Positions 12,331 through 22,900 of a DNA stretch of 64,000 nucleotides are shown piece after piece. A program made the position numbers and the translations under genes. The number at the start of each line of letters is the position of its first letter. The first letter of the stretch is position 1. Origin of the DNA: Pseudovirgaria hyperparasitica (Eukaryota); NCBI GenBank assembly GCA_010093815.1, contig ML996565.1. The stretch is one strand, 5' to 3'. The notes beneath the pieces were generated by a model. It saw only the letters and a list, made by a program, of their open reading frames with translations. It did not search any database and was not told the DNA's origin.

Positions 12331-12830
12331 TTGGTTGTCAAAATCACGCATAAGTACTCACCCGGTAATTCTTATTGGTAGGTGAATCTCAAAACCGAAG
12401 CTAATAGATTTTATTAGCGCGGGCCGATTGCAAAGTTGCGGCTATATGTCTAATATCACTATTTATGGACTAGACGGAGCAGGTAGGACAGGGATCACTT
12501 GGAACACTACCCAGGCTCTACTATGGCCTATAAGTAAGGATTGATAGAAAGGCTCAGAGGTCCCTATAGCCAGTATCATTCCTACATATTCATACTTGAC
12601 GTTCTCAGGAATAATTCGAGTTACCTCCTATCTACGCTCTTATCCACTCCTGGCTGGTTATAATATGGTTTCTCTCACGCTCTCCGTCGTCCTAATCTCT
12701 ACGTTCTTTCTACCATGCATGCCTTACCCAAGATGAACCTCCTCGTCAGCCTCTTCCTAAGTACTATCACCTACATCATTCATGTACCGAAGATCGCCTG
12801 TTAGCAGAGTCTATTGCAGAATCTTTTCAT

Positions 12831-13583
12831 ATGGCATTCCGGGGTGCCAAACGTCTAACTGAGATGGAAAAATTTTATTCGATTGGGCTAGATTTAAATA
12901 TACATGAACTGGTGGGGGGCACATGGAAAGAATGGCGCGAAGTTCAACATCTCCAGGGATCAGCTCAAGTTACGCTAAGGAACATTTTCTATACACTTGG
13001 TATCAAATACGACCCTAAATATCCCGAGTCTGAAAAGTATGCACGGGAAGCGTGGCTTATTATGCAATCAATCGGGGGGCTGGTCCGGTCTCCGGATCTA
13101 GAAGCTAGTAAGGTGCGCATCTATTGCGATGATGATGCTCGCTGGATAAAACCGGCTCCCGCCGAAGTGTCTGGAAGGAGGGACAAAAATGGTCTACTCC
13201 CGAAGAACGCTCTCTTTAGCAAGGCTCTGGGAGATCGAGTTCAAACAGATCACCATCTTTATTTCGACATCGAGCAAAACCTAGATGGTAGTCAGCCGTG
13301 GCGCTCCGTTAGGGGTACGCCGCCCTGTCGTCAAGGGCGATTCAGTGTTGAAAAAGAGCTTGGGTATCTCAGGCTCATTCGGGAGACCTCTGGTGATAAA
13401 TATGAGGTAGTATTATGCAGGTATTTGTTCACCACGACCGGAGCTAGCTCATTCAAGAGACTGAGACACCAGTGGGGCTTGGGCGCGCCTTTGAGTCTTG
13501 CTAGGAACGAGGTTCTCTCTCTATCGTTTATGACTAGTCTATTCCTCCTAAGGATCCTAGTAGAAGGACAGCGTGAGTTTTAG
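12831..13583 (+). CDS. Hypothetical protein or gene relic
   Basis: 250-aa ATG ORF embedded in a TAG/CTA-rich degenerate zone; no confident domain. Confidence 0.35.
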   Translation: MAFRGAKRLTEMEKFYSIGLDLNIHELVGGTWKEWREVQHLQGSAQVTLRNIFYTLGIKYDPKYPESEKYAREAWLIMQSIGGLVRSPDLEASKVRIYCDDDARWIKPAPAEVSGRRDKNGLLPKNALFSKALGDRVQTDHHLYFDIEQNLDGSQPWRSVRGTPPCRQGRFSVEKELGYLRLIRETSGDKYEVVLCRYLFTTTGASSFKRLRHQWGLGAPLSLARNEVLSLSFMTSLFLLRILVEGQREF

Positions 13584-14192
13584 TTTCTATTGAAAAAAGT
13601 CTACTAATGAATAGGTATAGTAACACGTAGGCGTCCTAACGTACCAAACGAAGATGGGAAGACATGGCAAGATATAATATTACGGCCTCAAGAAACGAGC
13701 GCAAACTCTCCACTAAGCTACGGTAAGTTCAAATACCTGATTGTATTTACCCACTAATAAAAATTTAGCATACTTCGGCTTGCTTTCTTACCTAGCAGAC
13801 TTCGGAGTGGAGCTAAGTGAGGATGATAACCAGGCTAGAGCCGGTACATTAGTCGATGTGAATAATCGCTAGAAAGGCTCATGAGGATTATGGCCCGTTA
13901 TTAGTAAACTGGGAACTCTCGTGTAAATATTACGGTCGCTAGACCTTAGTCTGGTGGTGATATCGAGGATTACAATGATGGCACATAGATACTCCCATCT
14001 CAGACTACTAGCCGCAAGGGCTGTTCTATAGTCATCATAGGAGGAGGCATTTCGATTATCTGCCTTGTCTCCATAATACGAACAGACGCTTTTCACATCA
14101 GCCTTGGATAGTTTCGCGTTCTGTTTGCCTATTGCTATCTAAGTCGATTGATTCTTGTTCATGGACCGCGCTAGCTATTTCTTTCAATGCAT

Positions 14193-15171
14193 CTAAGGAA
14201 ACTTATAGCCACAACCCACATTGTACAACGAGCTTGCAAGGAGCAGATTGCTGTACTGGATATGGGCGCCGTTGATCGGGTTGTCGCCAAAGTCTTGTGC
14301 TTGACTGCATCCCTGTCGATAATCTCAGTTACCCATATAGAAGTCATTCGAGGGGGGAGGGAAACTCACAGTCGGCTCCTGACCTGAACAGATGTATGTA
14401 TTTGACTGCGATACCTGACCGTTCGCTGCACTCTCCCAGTACTCAGTGCCATGGTGCTGAAAGCCAAGCAATTGAGGAGGAATCTGAGGCACGCCATCGT
14501 TCTGATGTGTGACGCGGAAGTACCGAGAAGTGGGAATGAGGCGCTGGATGTATGTGGAAAATGCTGGATTGCCATTACGGGGCTCGCCAAACGTGTAGAC
14601 GCTCAACTGCTTGCCTTGAGCTGCGAGTGATGTTGAAGCAAGAGATGCAAGGCCTCCGCCTAGAGAGTGACCGGTCACGGTAAGTTTGTATCCAGAATTG
14701 CTTGACAGGGCGCTGGTGACGGTGTTTGACACATCGTTGGCAATGGATGCGTAGGCGTCTTGGAAGCCTTGATGGACTTGGCATCCTGAGCACGATGTTC
14801 CTGGTAGGGTGAGTTGCGTGAGGGTGAACAGAAAATCGGTATCCAAGTCCAGAGGAGTAGATGTACCGCGGAAGGCGAGAACCAACTCTTTTGCTGCTGT
14901 GTCGCGGAAAAGGTAGGCCTGAGTGTTAGTTGCCGTCCCGTTGAAGAACTTTAAGATCGTAGAGCCTGATGGAGGTTTTGGGCAGTTATTGGCGTATGCA
15001 GCGGCCGCAAAGTTGCTGTATCGGACAATGTTGTTGTATACATCTCCGGAAACTGTAGATCTGGTCAATGACGGTTAGAGTACCGATGCTGAGAAGACGA
15101 CGTTTACCTGCTGTTTGTGCGTTCACAGCAGCCGCTGTGAGGGCAGTCAATGCTAGAGAGTAGAACTGCAT
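14193..15171 (-). CDS. Secreted class-3 lipase / feruloyl esterase A (FaeA)-like alpha/beta hydrolase
   Basis: Signal peptide MQFYSLALTALTAAAVNA; introns 15053-15107 and 14313-14369; LAFRGT, VHQGF, nucleophile GHSLGG, YTFGEPRNGN, RVTHQNDGVPQIPP, catalytic His in PINGAHIQY in last exon. Confidence 0.9.
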
Positions 15172-15624
15172 TATGTTTATGACCTCTATTCAGTATGATC
15201 CAGTATCAGGTCAGATTGGCAAACACGGTGGCAGATGGGTTGTGGCCGATATCAGTCCTGCTCAAGCAGCACTCCACTGCAGCTCACATGGAAGCACATA
15301 TTTCACATGTTGTCACATCGGCATATGTATCCGAACGTGAATGCACGTTGATGCCCCGGAAAGCTCATGGCGCAGTCTAGCGACAAGTTAGCCATCAGAC
15401 GGTTGCATTTTAAAGATGGTTAGCTTTGTGTTGTATGGAACGCTAGCTAAAAGTCGTTGTAACTCTATTTCGCCAACGACAAGGAGTATGCGTTCAACAC
15501 AGAACGGTCTCACATGCTTGAACAGGAGATGTTTACTTGTTCCCAGCTTACCATCGTGTATCTTCGACATGCTAATCATCGCTCTTCCCATCCTTCTTCA
15601 ACTCGTGTCGACCTTGCGAACACC

Positions 15625-16202
15625 ATGTTATTCACCCAGCTCATTGTCACGCTTTGCGTTGGCATCGCTTTCGCTGCCGACGCGAACAGCGTAGTTGCCA
15701 TTATCAAGAATGTCCAAATCAACACAAATCAACTGAACCTCGACGTCCAGAGATACAATGGTGGAGTTGCAGGCCTCCCCTACGCGCTCCAGGTCCAGCA
15801 AGACGCAGTGCTCACCCACGAGCAGATCGTCCTTGGAATCACAGAGGCCAACAATTCTGCGCCATTCGGAGAGCCAGGCAGCTTCAACGTTGCCGGTGCA
15901 TTCCTCGACCTGTCGAATACCGTCACACAGACCCTGCGGAACGTGTCCAGCAAGCAAGCCGCATTCAAAGATCTCAGGCCTATCGTGCTTGCCAGTCTAT
16001 ATCAACTCCAGCAAGATACAAGGGACTTCGGGGCTGCGTCAATTGCCAAGCTTGCTGCTCTTGAGGCCGCAGCAGCACCATTGGTTGTGCAGAATCTGGT
16101 CAACGAGTTCAATAATGCTATCATGGCATATGGAGGAAAGGGTAAGTCTCTTCTTCATTGCGGGATTAACTCAGTCACTGACTAAGATATGCAGCAACAT
16201 GA
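15625..16202 (+). CDS. HsbA / cell-wall mannoprotein Mp1p family secreted protein (copy 1)
   Basis: Signal peptide MLFTQLIVTLCVGIAFA; amphipathic helical pattern, LNLDVQRYNGG, SAPF, K.AAF, V..SL..L...T..FG, F..AI.AY; probable intron 16142-16194 with 8-nt last exon. Confidence 0.8.
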
Positions 16203-16689
16203 AGGTAGTGATGATTGATGAGGTGTCTTAAATCGACTCATTTCTACAAGATAGCGTGGGCATAAGACACAAGACTTTTGAACTCTGTGCCAATACTTCA
16301 AAACAGTGCTCGTGATGTTCTGCCGTGATTGTACGTATAAGGCTACTGATAACCACTCCTTCTTCTCAGATGTATTGTTGTTCAAGTGATCCATGCAACG
16401 GAGCGTGCTGAAAACAACACATCAAACTCACATGTCTCCGTGATCGACCTCGGGGTCCCGCAGCGGGCCTGTCGATCTCTATTATAATGCTTCCTAGGCC
16501 TCTGATAGCGGGACCCTATCTGCAGCTAAGTATCAAAGGGGCAAGCCTTTGAGTGTTAGCGGGATATATCTAGACCCATAACAGTATAGAATCTGGGGTA
16601 AATCTGGGGTATCACAAGCCAAATGATATTGATTCCTTGATCGTGCATCGCACACTGCGTGTAGTTCATCACATTGCAGGACGTTACAG

Positions 16690-16695
16690 CCGAGG
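16690..16695. promoter_or_regulatory. Putative FarA/CTF1 site CCGAGG upstream of HsbA copy 2 (second site CCTCGG at 16448-16453)
   Basis: Exact match to the FarA consensus ~166 bp upstream of the ATG; a 6-mer, so chance occurrence is possible. Confidence 0.45.
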
Positions 16696-16855
16696 CAGAG
16701 CCATCAATCAGAAGCCACAACATCGACGAGTGGGGATTGATGGAGAATCAATCAACCAAGACGATCAAAAGATCCCTTGATTACCTCCATTCAGAACAGT
16801 ACAGTACCTAACTCCACAAACTGACCGAGTAACGACAACATCACCACCGACTACC

Positions 16856-17410
16856 ATGAAGCTTCACACGTCCATCCTGCTTCTAGCCGCGAGCACGCTC
16901 AGCACCGCCCTCGCAATCGAGGCACGCGCAGCCCAAGATGTGCTGAACGACATCTCGCAGATCAAGACGCAAACCGCGACCGTCCAGCGCGACATTGACG
17001 CATTCCAAGGCGGGCCCGCGAGCGCCGTGCAGGCCCTCCAAATCAAGACTGACTCCGACACCCTCCAGAAGACGATCCAAAAGGGCTCGACAGACGCACG
17101 CAACTCTGCCTCCTTCACCGACAACGAATCTGCCGCGATTGCCAATGCCGTGACGGGACTCCAGACGAGTATCTTCAAGGTCTTGAACTCTCTAGTTGCG
17201 AAGAAGGCAGGGTTCGAGACAGCGATCTTTGGATCCAGCGCGGTGCCGATTGTGCATGATACGCTCGTGGGCTTGAGGGCTGATACGGGGTATTTTGGGG
17301 GCAACGTGACTCAGAAGCTGACTCCGCAGATTGCGAAGTTGAGCCCCTTGATCGTGTCGAACATCGATTTTCACTTTGTGAGGGCTGTAGATGCGTTTTC
17401 TTCGGGTTAG
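16856..17410 (+). CDS. HsbA / Mp1p family secreted protein (copy 2)
   Basis: Intronless 184 aa; signal peptide; DVLNDI..I......DIDAFQGG, SASFTDNES..I, LNSLVAKKAGF, IDFHF.RAVDAFS typical of HsbA. Confidence 0.9.
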   Translation: MKLHTSILLLAASTLSTALAIEARAAQDVLNDISQIKTQTATVQRDIDAFQGGPASAVQALQIKTDSDTLQKTIQKGSTDARNSASFTDNESAAIANAVTGLQTSIFKVLNSLVAKKAGFETAIFGSSAVPIVHDTLVGLRADTGYFGGNVTQKLTPQIAKLSPLIVSNIDFHFVRAVDAFSSG

Positions 17411-18563
17411 GGCGGGAGAACATCTGAATGAGACAGAAGTAAAATACGAAGATGTTACGAGGTCTGACTGCTTTTTTCACGATGGATGATGAGATAGTAA
17501 TCATAACGTGTTCGAGCAAACTCGTGTTGGCCAATACTTTGCCATCTGCTACTATAAATGTGTTCATACTGTTGGAATTGGCAATGTGAACAGTCACACC
17601 TGCTACTTACAGGAACGCCTATATAAACTGGCGACTCAACAACTCTTTCTAATGCATCCTTCCATACCACTACATCACATTCACACCGAATGCTGGTTCT
17701 TTTTAAATACAGTTCATAGGGATATCGACAATTACGTGAATCAATTTACATCGTCAGAATACATGATATCAGCCATGCACTCTGTGTACAGCCAAGGAGA
17801 CCGACTACAAGGTCCCTCGGAGAAAGGTCGCACACATGCTCGTAGTCCGCAGCGATCCTTTCGCGAGAATGACAGTACGACTCACTGCGCAAATTATTAC
17901 GAAAAAGGATCTACATCGGGCAGTCCCCAGTCCGAAGCAACTATACTGTGCCTAACCAGCAGCAGTATCACGAGCACGCTTGAAGCCCCCCCCAATCAAC
18001 GTCTTTCTTGCCAAGTCAGATCAAGTCTGGCACAGCGGAGCGTTCACACTCGGCTCAGGCTCTCGAGGCGCTAACGTGGAACTTAAAATGCAACGTTGTC
18101 AAGAGACACTTTTGTTATGGCCAATGGGACTGGACTTGAAAGGCTCCGGTGCAGTGCGGTCCTGGCTAGATAGCAGTAAGCTTATTTTAGCGTTACCCCA
18201 GACTTTCTTGCTACTACGGATCGTCAGCGTGTGGGGAAGTTTGGGGGATATTGGGGGGCATTCTTGATTTCCCTGTGGATGTTGCTTGTAAGTGCGACGC
18301 CTTAAATCTCAACAGATGCTGGCGTGGGTTGTTATGTCTGTATGCCCAAGGCCAGCATTCGAGAATGACGATGTTCGGATATCGAGACGAGCAAGAACTG
18401 CTTCTGCCAAATGATGATTACGGTCATTTAGCTCTGTCCTCTTTCAGAATGCCGATCTCAAGGCTGCGGTGCAGTAGCACGTCGATCACTGTCACCATCC
18501 CTGCTGAATCGCCGCAGATCTTCGCTGAATAGGAGTGCCCCAAGTGCCGTCTTCAGTACAACA

Positions 18564-18569
18564 CCGAGG
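18564..18569. promoter_or_regulatory. Putative FarA/CTF1 site CCGAGG upstream of HsbA copy 3, with TATAAA at ~18633
   Basis: Exact consensus ~190 bp upstream of the ATG, upstream of a TATA-like box. Confidence 0.45.
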
Positions 18570-18754
18570 CGATCAAAGTCGCAATTGAGTCTCCACGATC
18601 AGACCAAAGCATGTGGAGCCAAACTGACAGGATATAAAACGGGTCTGACAACCGCATCCAACTCGAATCTTCCCCAGCAAGCACAACGAGAACATCCCCA
18701 CCCCAAAAGCACAGACATATCTCATCTCTCTCTCAAGAAAGACAGAAAAAAAAA

Positions 18755-19285
18755 ATGCAATTTTCCTCGCTCTTCACCGTCTTCCTCGCCGGCGTCGCCC
18801 TCGCGGCCCCGGCCTCGACCACAGCAAACAAGAAGCGCGACCTCGCCACCATCACCGCCGCCTTCACCGACATCCAGAACAAAGTCGGCTCGCTCGACAC
18901 CGCCGTCAAGGCCTACCAAGCCGACCTCACAGACGTGTACAACGCGTCCCAGGACGTCCTCGCCTCCGTCGACAGCGGCAACACCAAGGTAGCCGCCACC
19001 TCGCCCGTCACGCTGTCCGAGGCGCTCAAGGTCGCCAACCAGGCCGACGCGCTGACAAAGGTCATCAACACGGCCGTCGACGACGCGCTGGCCAAGAAAT
19101 CCGCGTTTGACGCGTCCGATGCCTCCTCTACCGTCGCCGAGGTCTTGAATGACTTCAAGGCTTCCGCTACCAAGTTTGGCGCCACGGTCAAGTCCAAGGT
19201 GCCTGCTAATGCGCAGTCTATTGCCCAGGGCAAGATCGATAACATCATCAAGGCTATTCAGCGGGGTATTGATGGCTTTGCTTAG
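18755..19285 (+). CDS. HsbA / Mp1p family secreted protein (copy 3)
   Basis: Signal peptide, Kex2-type KKRD, LDTAVKAY, LSEAL, L.AKKSAF, KSKVP, IQRGIDGFA; very strong C/G third-position bias. Confidence 0.92.
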   Translation: MQFSSLFTVFLAGVALAAPASTTANKKRDLATITAAFTDIQNKVGSLDTAVKAYQADLTDVYNASQDVLASVDSGNTKVAATSPVTLSEALKVANQADALTKVINTAVDDALAKKSAFDASDASSTVAEVLNDFKASATKFGATVKSKVPANAQSIAQGKIDNIIKAIQRGIDGFA

Positions 19286-19345
19286 AGTGCTTGAGGCCGT
19301 GTGGGGAAGCTTGAAGTGCGCCGGTTGCGCTTGCCCCTTGCCCTT

Positions 19346-19346
<1 letters not shown>

Positions 19347-19380
<34 letters not shown>
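19347..19380. repeat. (TG)n microsatellite in 3' region of HsbA copy 3
   Basis: Perfect GT dinucleotide run read directly. Confidence 0.95.
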
Positions 19381-19381
<1 letters not shown>

Positions 19382-19984
19382 GGGGGTGGGTAGCAATTCT
19401 TGTATATAGCGCAAAGTAATGTTGGTAGTAACGTCAAACAAAGAAGTAAAACTTGAAAATCCATCACGTGTCTTGTGTGTCTTTGTCATTTATCATCCCT
19501 TGCTCGTGACTTGGCTGTCTCGTTTACCAAGACGTCAATGATAGGCCAAGTAGGCCCCCTAGATATCCTTCATCAAGCTAAATTCTAAGGCAACGTACCC
19601 CTTTAAAAGACGCACGAACACAAAGTTGAGATAGGCTCGAGGGGCATGCATCCATCCGGATATCCGGATTAGAAGGATATCCATGCCGAGTCCGTGCCGA
19701 GAGTAATTAACAAAAACAAAGAGTGCTTCCCTCCCTCCGTCCATCCATCCATCAATCCCTCCTCGCTTGCTGTAATATATGACCTCCCCCTCTCTCTGCC
19801 TCTCCCACAGTCACTTGCAACACCATAGAAAAAAGTCTTTGCACGGAAAATGATATTCGTATACAACAAGCAAGCCACACTACAAGCCTTTCATATGCCT
19901 GCCGTAGCAGGTCACCGTCCACCCAGTATTTACACCCGAACCAAGCTCACAACATGCACTGTATACAGGCTCTGCCCCAATTTC

Positions 19985-22900
19985 TTATCCCCTCCTCACA
20001 CTCCCAAACCCCCTCTTCAGCATCTCCTGCACCTCCTCATGCCGTCTCGGCCTCACACCCTCGGCCTGCTGGGTGCTCGGCTGTATCTGCGCCTCGTCCG
20101 CGGTCCTCGTCCTCAGCAGCTCCTGCATCTCGCGCTCCTGCTCCTCCATGGCCTTCTGCTCTTCTTCGATCTTCCGGGCACGCTTCACAGCCTCGCCGTC
20201 CTGGCCCTCCAGGGCGTAGCCCCAGCTTGCTTGCAGTATGTTCGCGCTCGCTTCCTCGAGGCGGCGCTTGATGGCGGGATTCTGTTCGAGGGCCTGGAAG
20301 GTGTCGACGTCGTCGGGGAAGTAGGCTTTCCGTGCGGCGCTCACGGCGATCTCGAAGAGCGTGCAGGCCGCGATGATGAGTAGGAGGATTGTCCACCATA
20401 GCAAGCTGCGGCCGAAGCGATCGAAGAAGGCGCCTTTGACCTTGTATATGATGTTGTTGTGGTAAGTGCCAGCCAGAATGATGTTCCAGAGGAACCAACC
20501 GCCGACACTACAGAATGCACTGATAGCTGGCATGTACGTCTTGTGATGCGTCTCGAGCAGTTGGAGTTTTATCGTGATCAAGATTACGACAGACGAAAAC
20601 GTTAGTTGGCCCATGGCGAAAAGCGTGCTGTCGCGACTGAAATCAACTTCGCCGTAGAGACCCCACATTGTCCACCAAACGACCATGGCTTCGGCCACAC
20701 CCATGAACATCCAGCCGAGGTAAAGCTTGAAATTGAAGCCACCGTTGCGTTGGCCCTTCGTGTACAGCTCAGGAACAGCAAGAAGGGTTGACGCGGCGAG
20801 ATCTTTCTCGAATATGCCGATAAAGATGACAGGGAGAGAGGTGAAGAGGGTGTTGAACATGGAAAGCGACCACGATTCGTAGAGGGAGGTGCCAGTGTAG
20901 CCGGCATAACGTTGGTAGAGGGCTTGAGTCATGTAGAACAGCTTTGTCATGTTAGCCGTTGTATATAAGCAGGAAGGAGAAGGAAGGGAGACAGTGCATA
21001 CCATTTCTTTCCAGAACGTCGCGACCGTGTACTTGCAAGTGCGGATGTAGTTCCACCGGCCGTGACACAGTAGAAGCTTTACAAGAAAGCGAAACTGTCC
21101 GATGCTGTAGTCGCTGACTCGAGCTGCTTGGAGACCTTCCTTGCCAGCAATGCCAATGCCGACATGTGCTTCTTGAATCATGGCAATATCATTCGCTCCA
21201 TCTCCAATGGCCAGTGTGATACTCTTCTTTACCCGTTTTCGAATAGCTTTGACCAAAAGGGCCTTCTGAGACGGTGACGCACGACAACAAATTACGCTAT
21301 CAACAAGGATAGCCAAATCGAAGAACAGCGCTGAGAGTGGCGGAGAAGTAAGAATGTATGACAAGGTCTGGCCATCCACGACGACCACCGAGTGGGCAAC
21401 ATGTCCACTATTGATATCGACTATGCCAGCCGCGATGTTTTGTTCAACCTCTCCAGCCTCATTGTCCAGAACTGTGACTGTTGAGTAGTCTTTGATCAGT
21501 CGGCAAGAGTGTCCGATATTGATCGCGGTCTCTCGCTTGTCGCCCGTGAGCATCCACATCTTGATGTTGGCTCTCCGAAGTTTATCGATTGCTTCTGGAA
21601 CCCCCTTTTGTAGTTTGTCTTCAATAGCGGTCGCACCTGTAAGCTCTAGGTTCTGCTCAATCAGATCACCGGCCTTCTCAATCAATTCTGTTCGATCCAC
21701 AAGACTAGTTGTGGCATCGAGATATATTTTCTTCCAGCCTTGATAGTCTTGCTCGTTAAGAAAGCGATGCCCATACAGCAAGGTCCGAAGACCTTCTGTT
21801 GCAAAGTCGTTGATATGTTGGAAAGTGCGTTCGAGAACAGCAGGCTCGTCAGCTACCAACGACTCCTCGACCATCTCGTCGAGATCGTCGAGTATCATGG
21901 AGCTTCGAGCGTCCGACATGGCCAGAGATTGCCTCTGAAGCTGCGTGGATGGCCGGGGCGTGTAGAATGCCTCGTCCTCGACGACATCCATATCTACATC
22001 TCTTTCTCTCTGACTCAACCAGGAATCGAGCTCGTCTCTGGGAGACTGCATTCCAATCCCGTTACCAACCGAAGACTGACGAGCGCCAGACATGCTGAAA
22101 CTGGACCTGCCCATGCTGCCCATGCTCTTTCGCCCAAAAGTCCCACTGAGACGTCCAATGCTACTCTTACGATCAAACTGTTCGCTTCGTCTGGCTATGG
22201 CATGCTGTGCCTCCAGACTTTTGCGCTTCGAAGCTCTGCGTTCGACTTCTCCGACCTTTTGGTTGGCCAGACTTGATAGCCGCAGCCGTTGCATGACGAA
22301 ACTGTCGGCGCCCTTGCAGAACATACAAAGACGCTGGTCAGGGAAACGCACAATAATTGACATGCGTTTGCGCTTGCTCGTAAATTCAATCACATCCAGA
22401 ACCTCGTATATCTCGGTAATCTCTTCTCCACCTGGTGTTATGGGTACAATCTTTAATGTGATCGTGCCGACATCTCTGTTAATAACCATGAAACCCAGTT
22501 CCTGCGCTGCTCGCACCAAAGCAAGCTCGTCTGGCGAAGAGGCTTGAAAGTCAATCTCCCCATTGTCCTTCTTCTCAGGGAGACATGTGTGGCATAGCGC
22601 TATTGACAGCAGGAACAGTCTGGCTTTCTTCGCGAACTTGGTGTGCGGCTTGCGCTGAATGTACCGAATCAAGTCGGTGGATAACATCTCTGTTTGATGC
22701 CGTGCTGGTCTCGCGGTTGAGCGCCAGGTGACGGATCGCTGAGTCTCGTTGACGCCTTCGCGCTCTGGAGACTCGCGCTCCGGCGATTCACCTTCAAGAC
22801 CATGTCGGATCATTTGACTCGACTTCCGACGCAGAGAATGAAGGCTTTTCCGAGGCTTTTCTACTTTCTCCTTCCCTTTGACGCGTTTCTTCTTCATACG

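Noticed and set aside
8200..14150. Starship giant transposon
   Set aside because: No DUF3435 tyrosine-recombinase captain gene or boundary repeats visible in the window.
17508..18532. 188-aa and ~95-aa ORFs between HsbA copies 2 and 3
   Set aside because: Non-ATG starts, no signal peptide or HsbA pattern; not a fourth copy.
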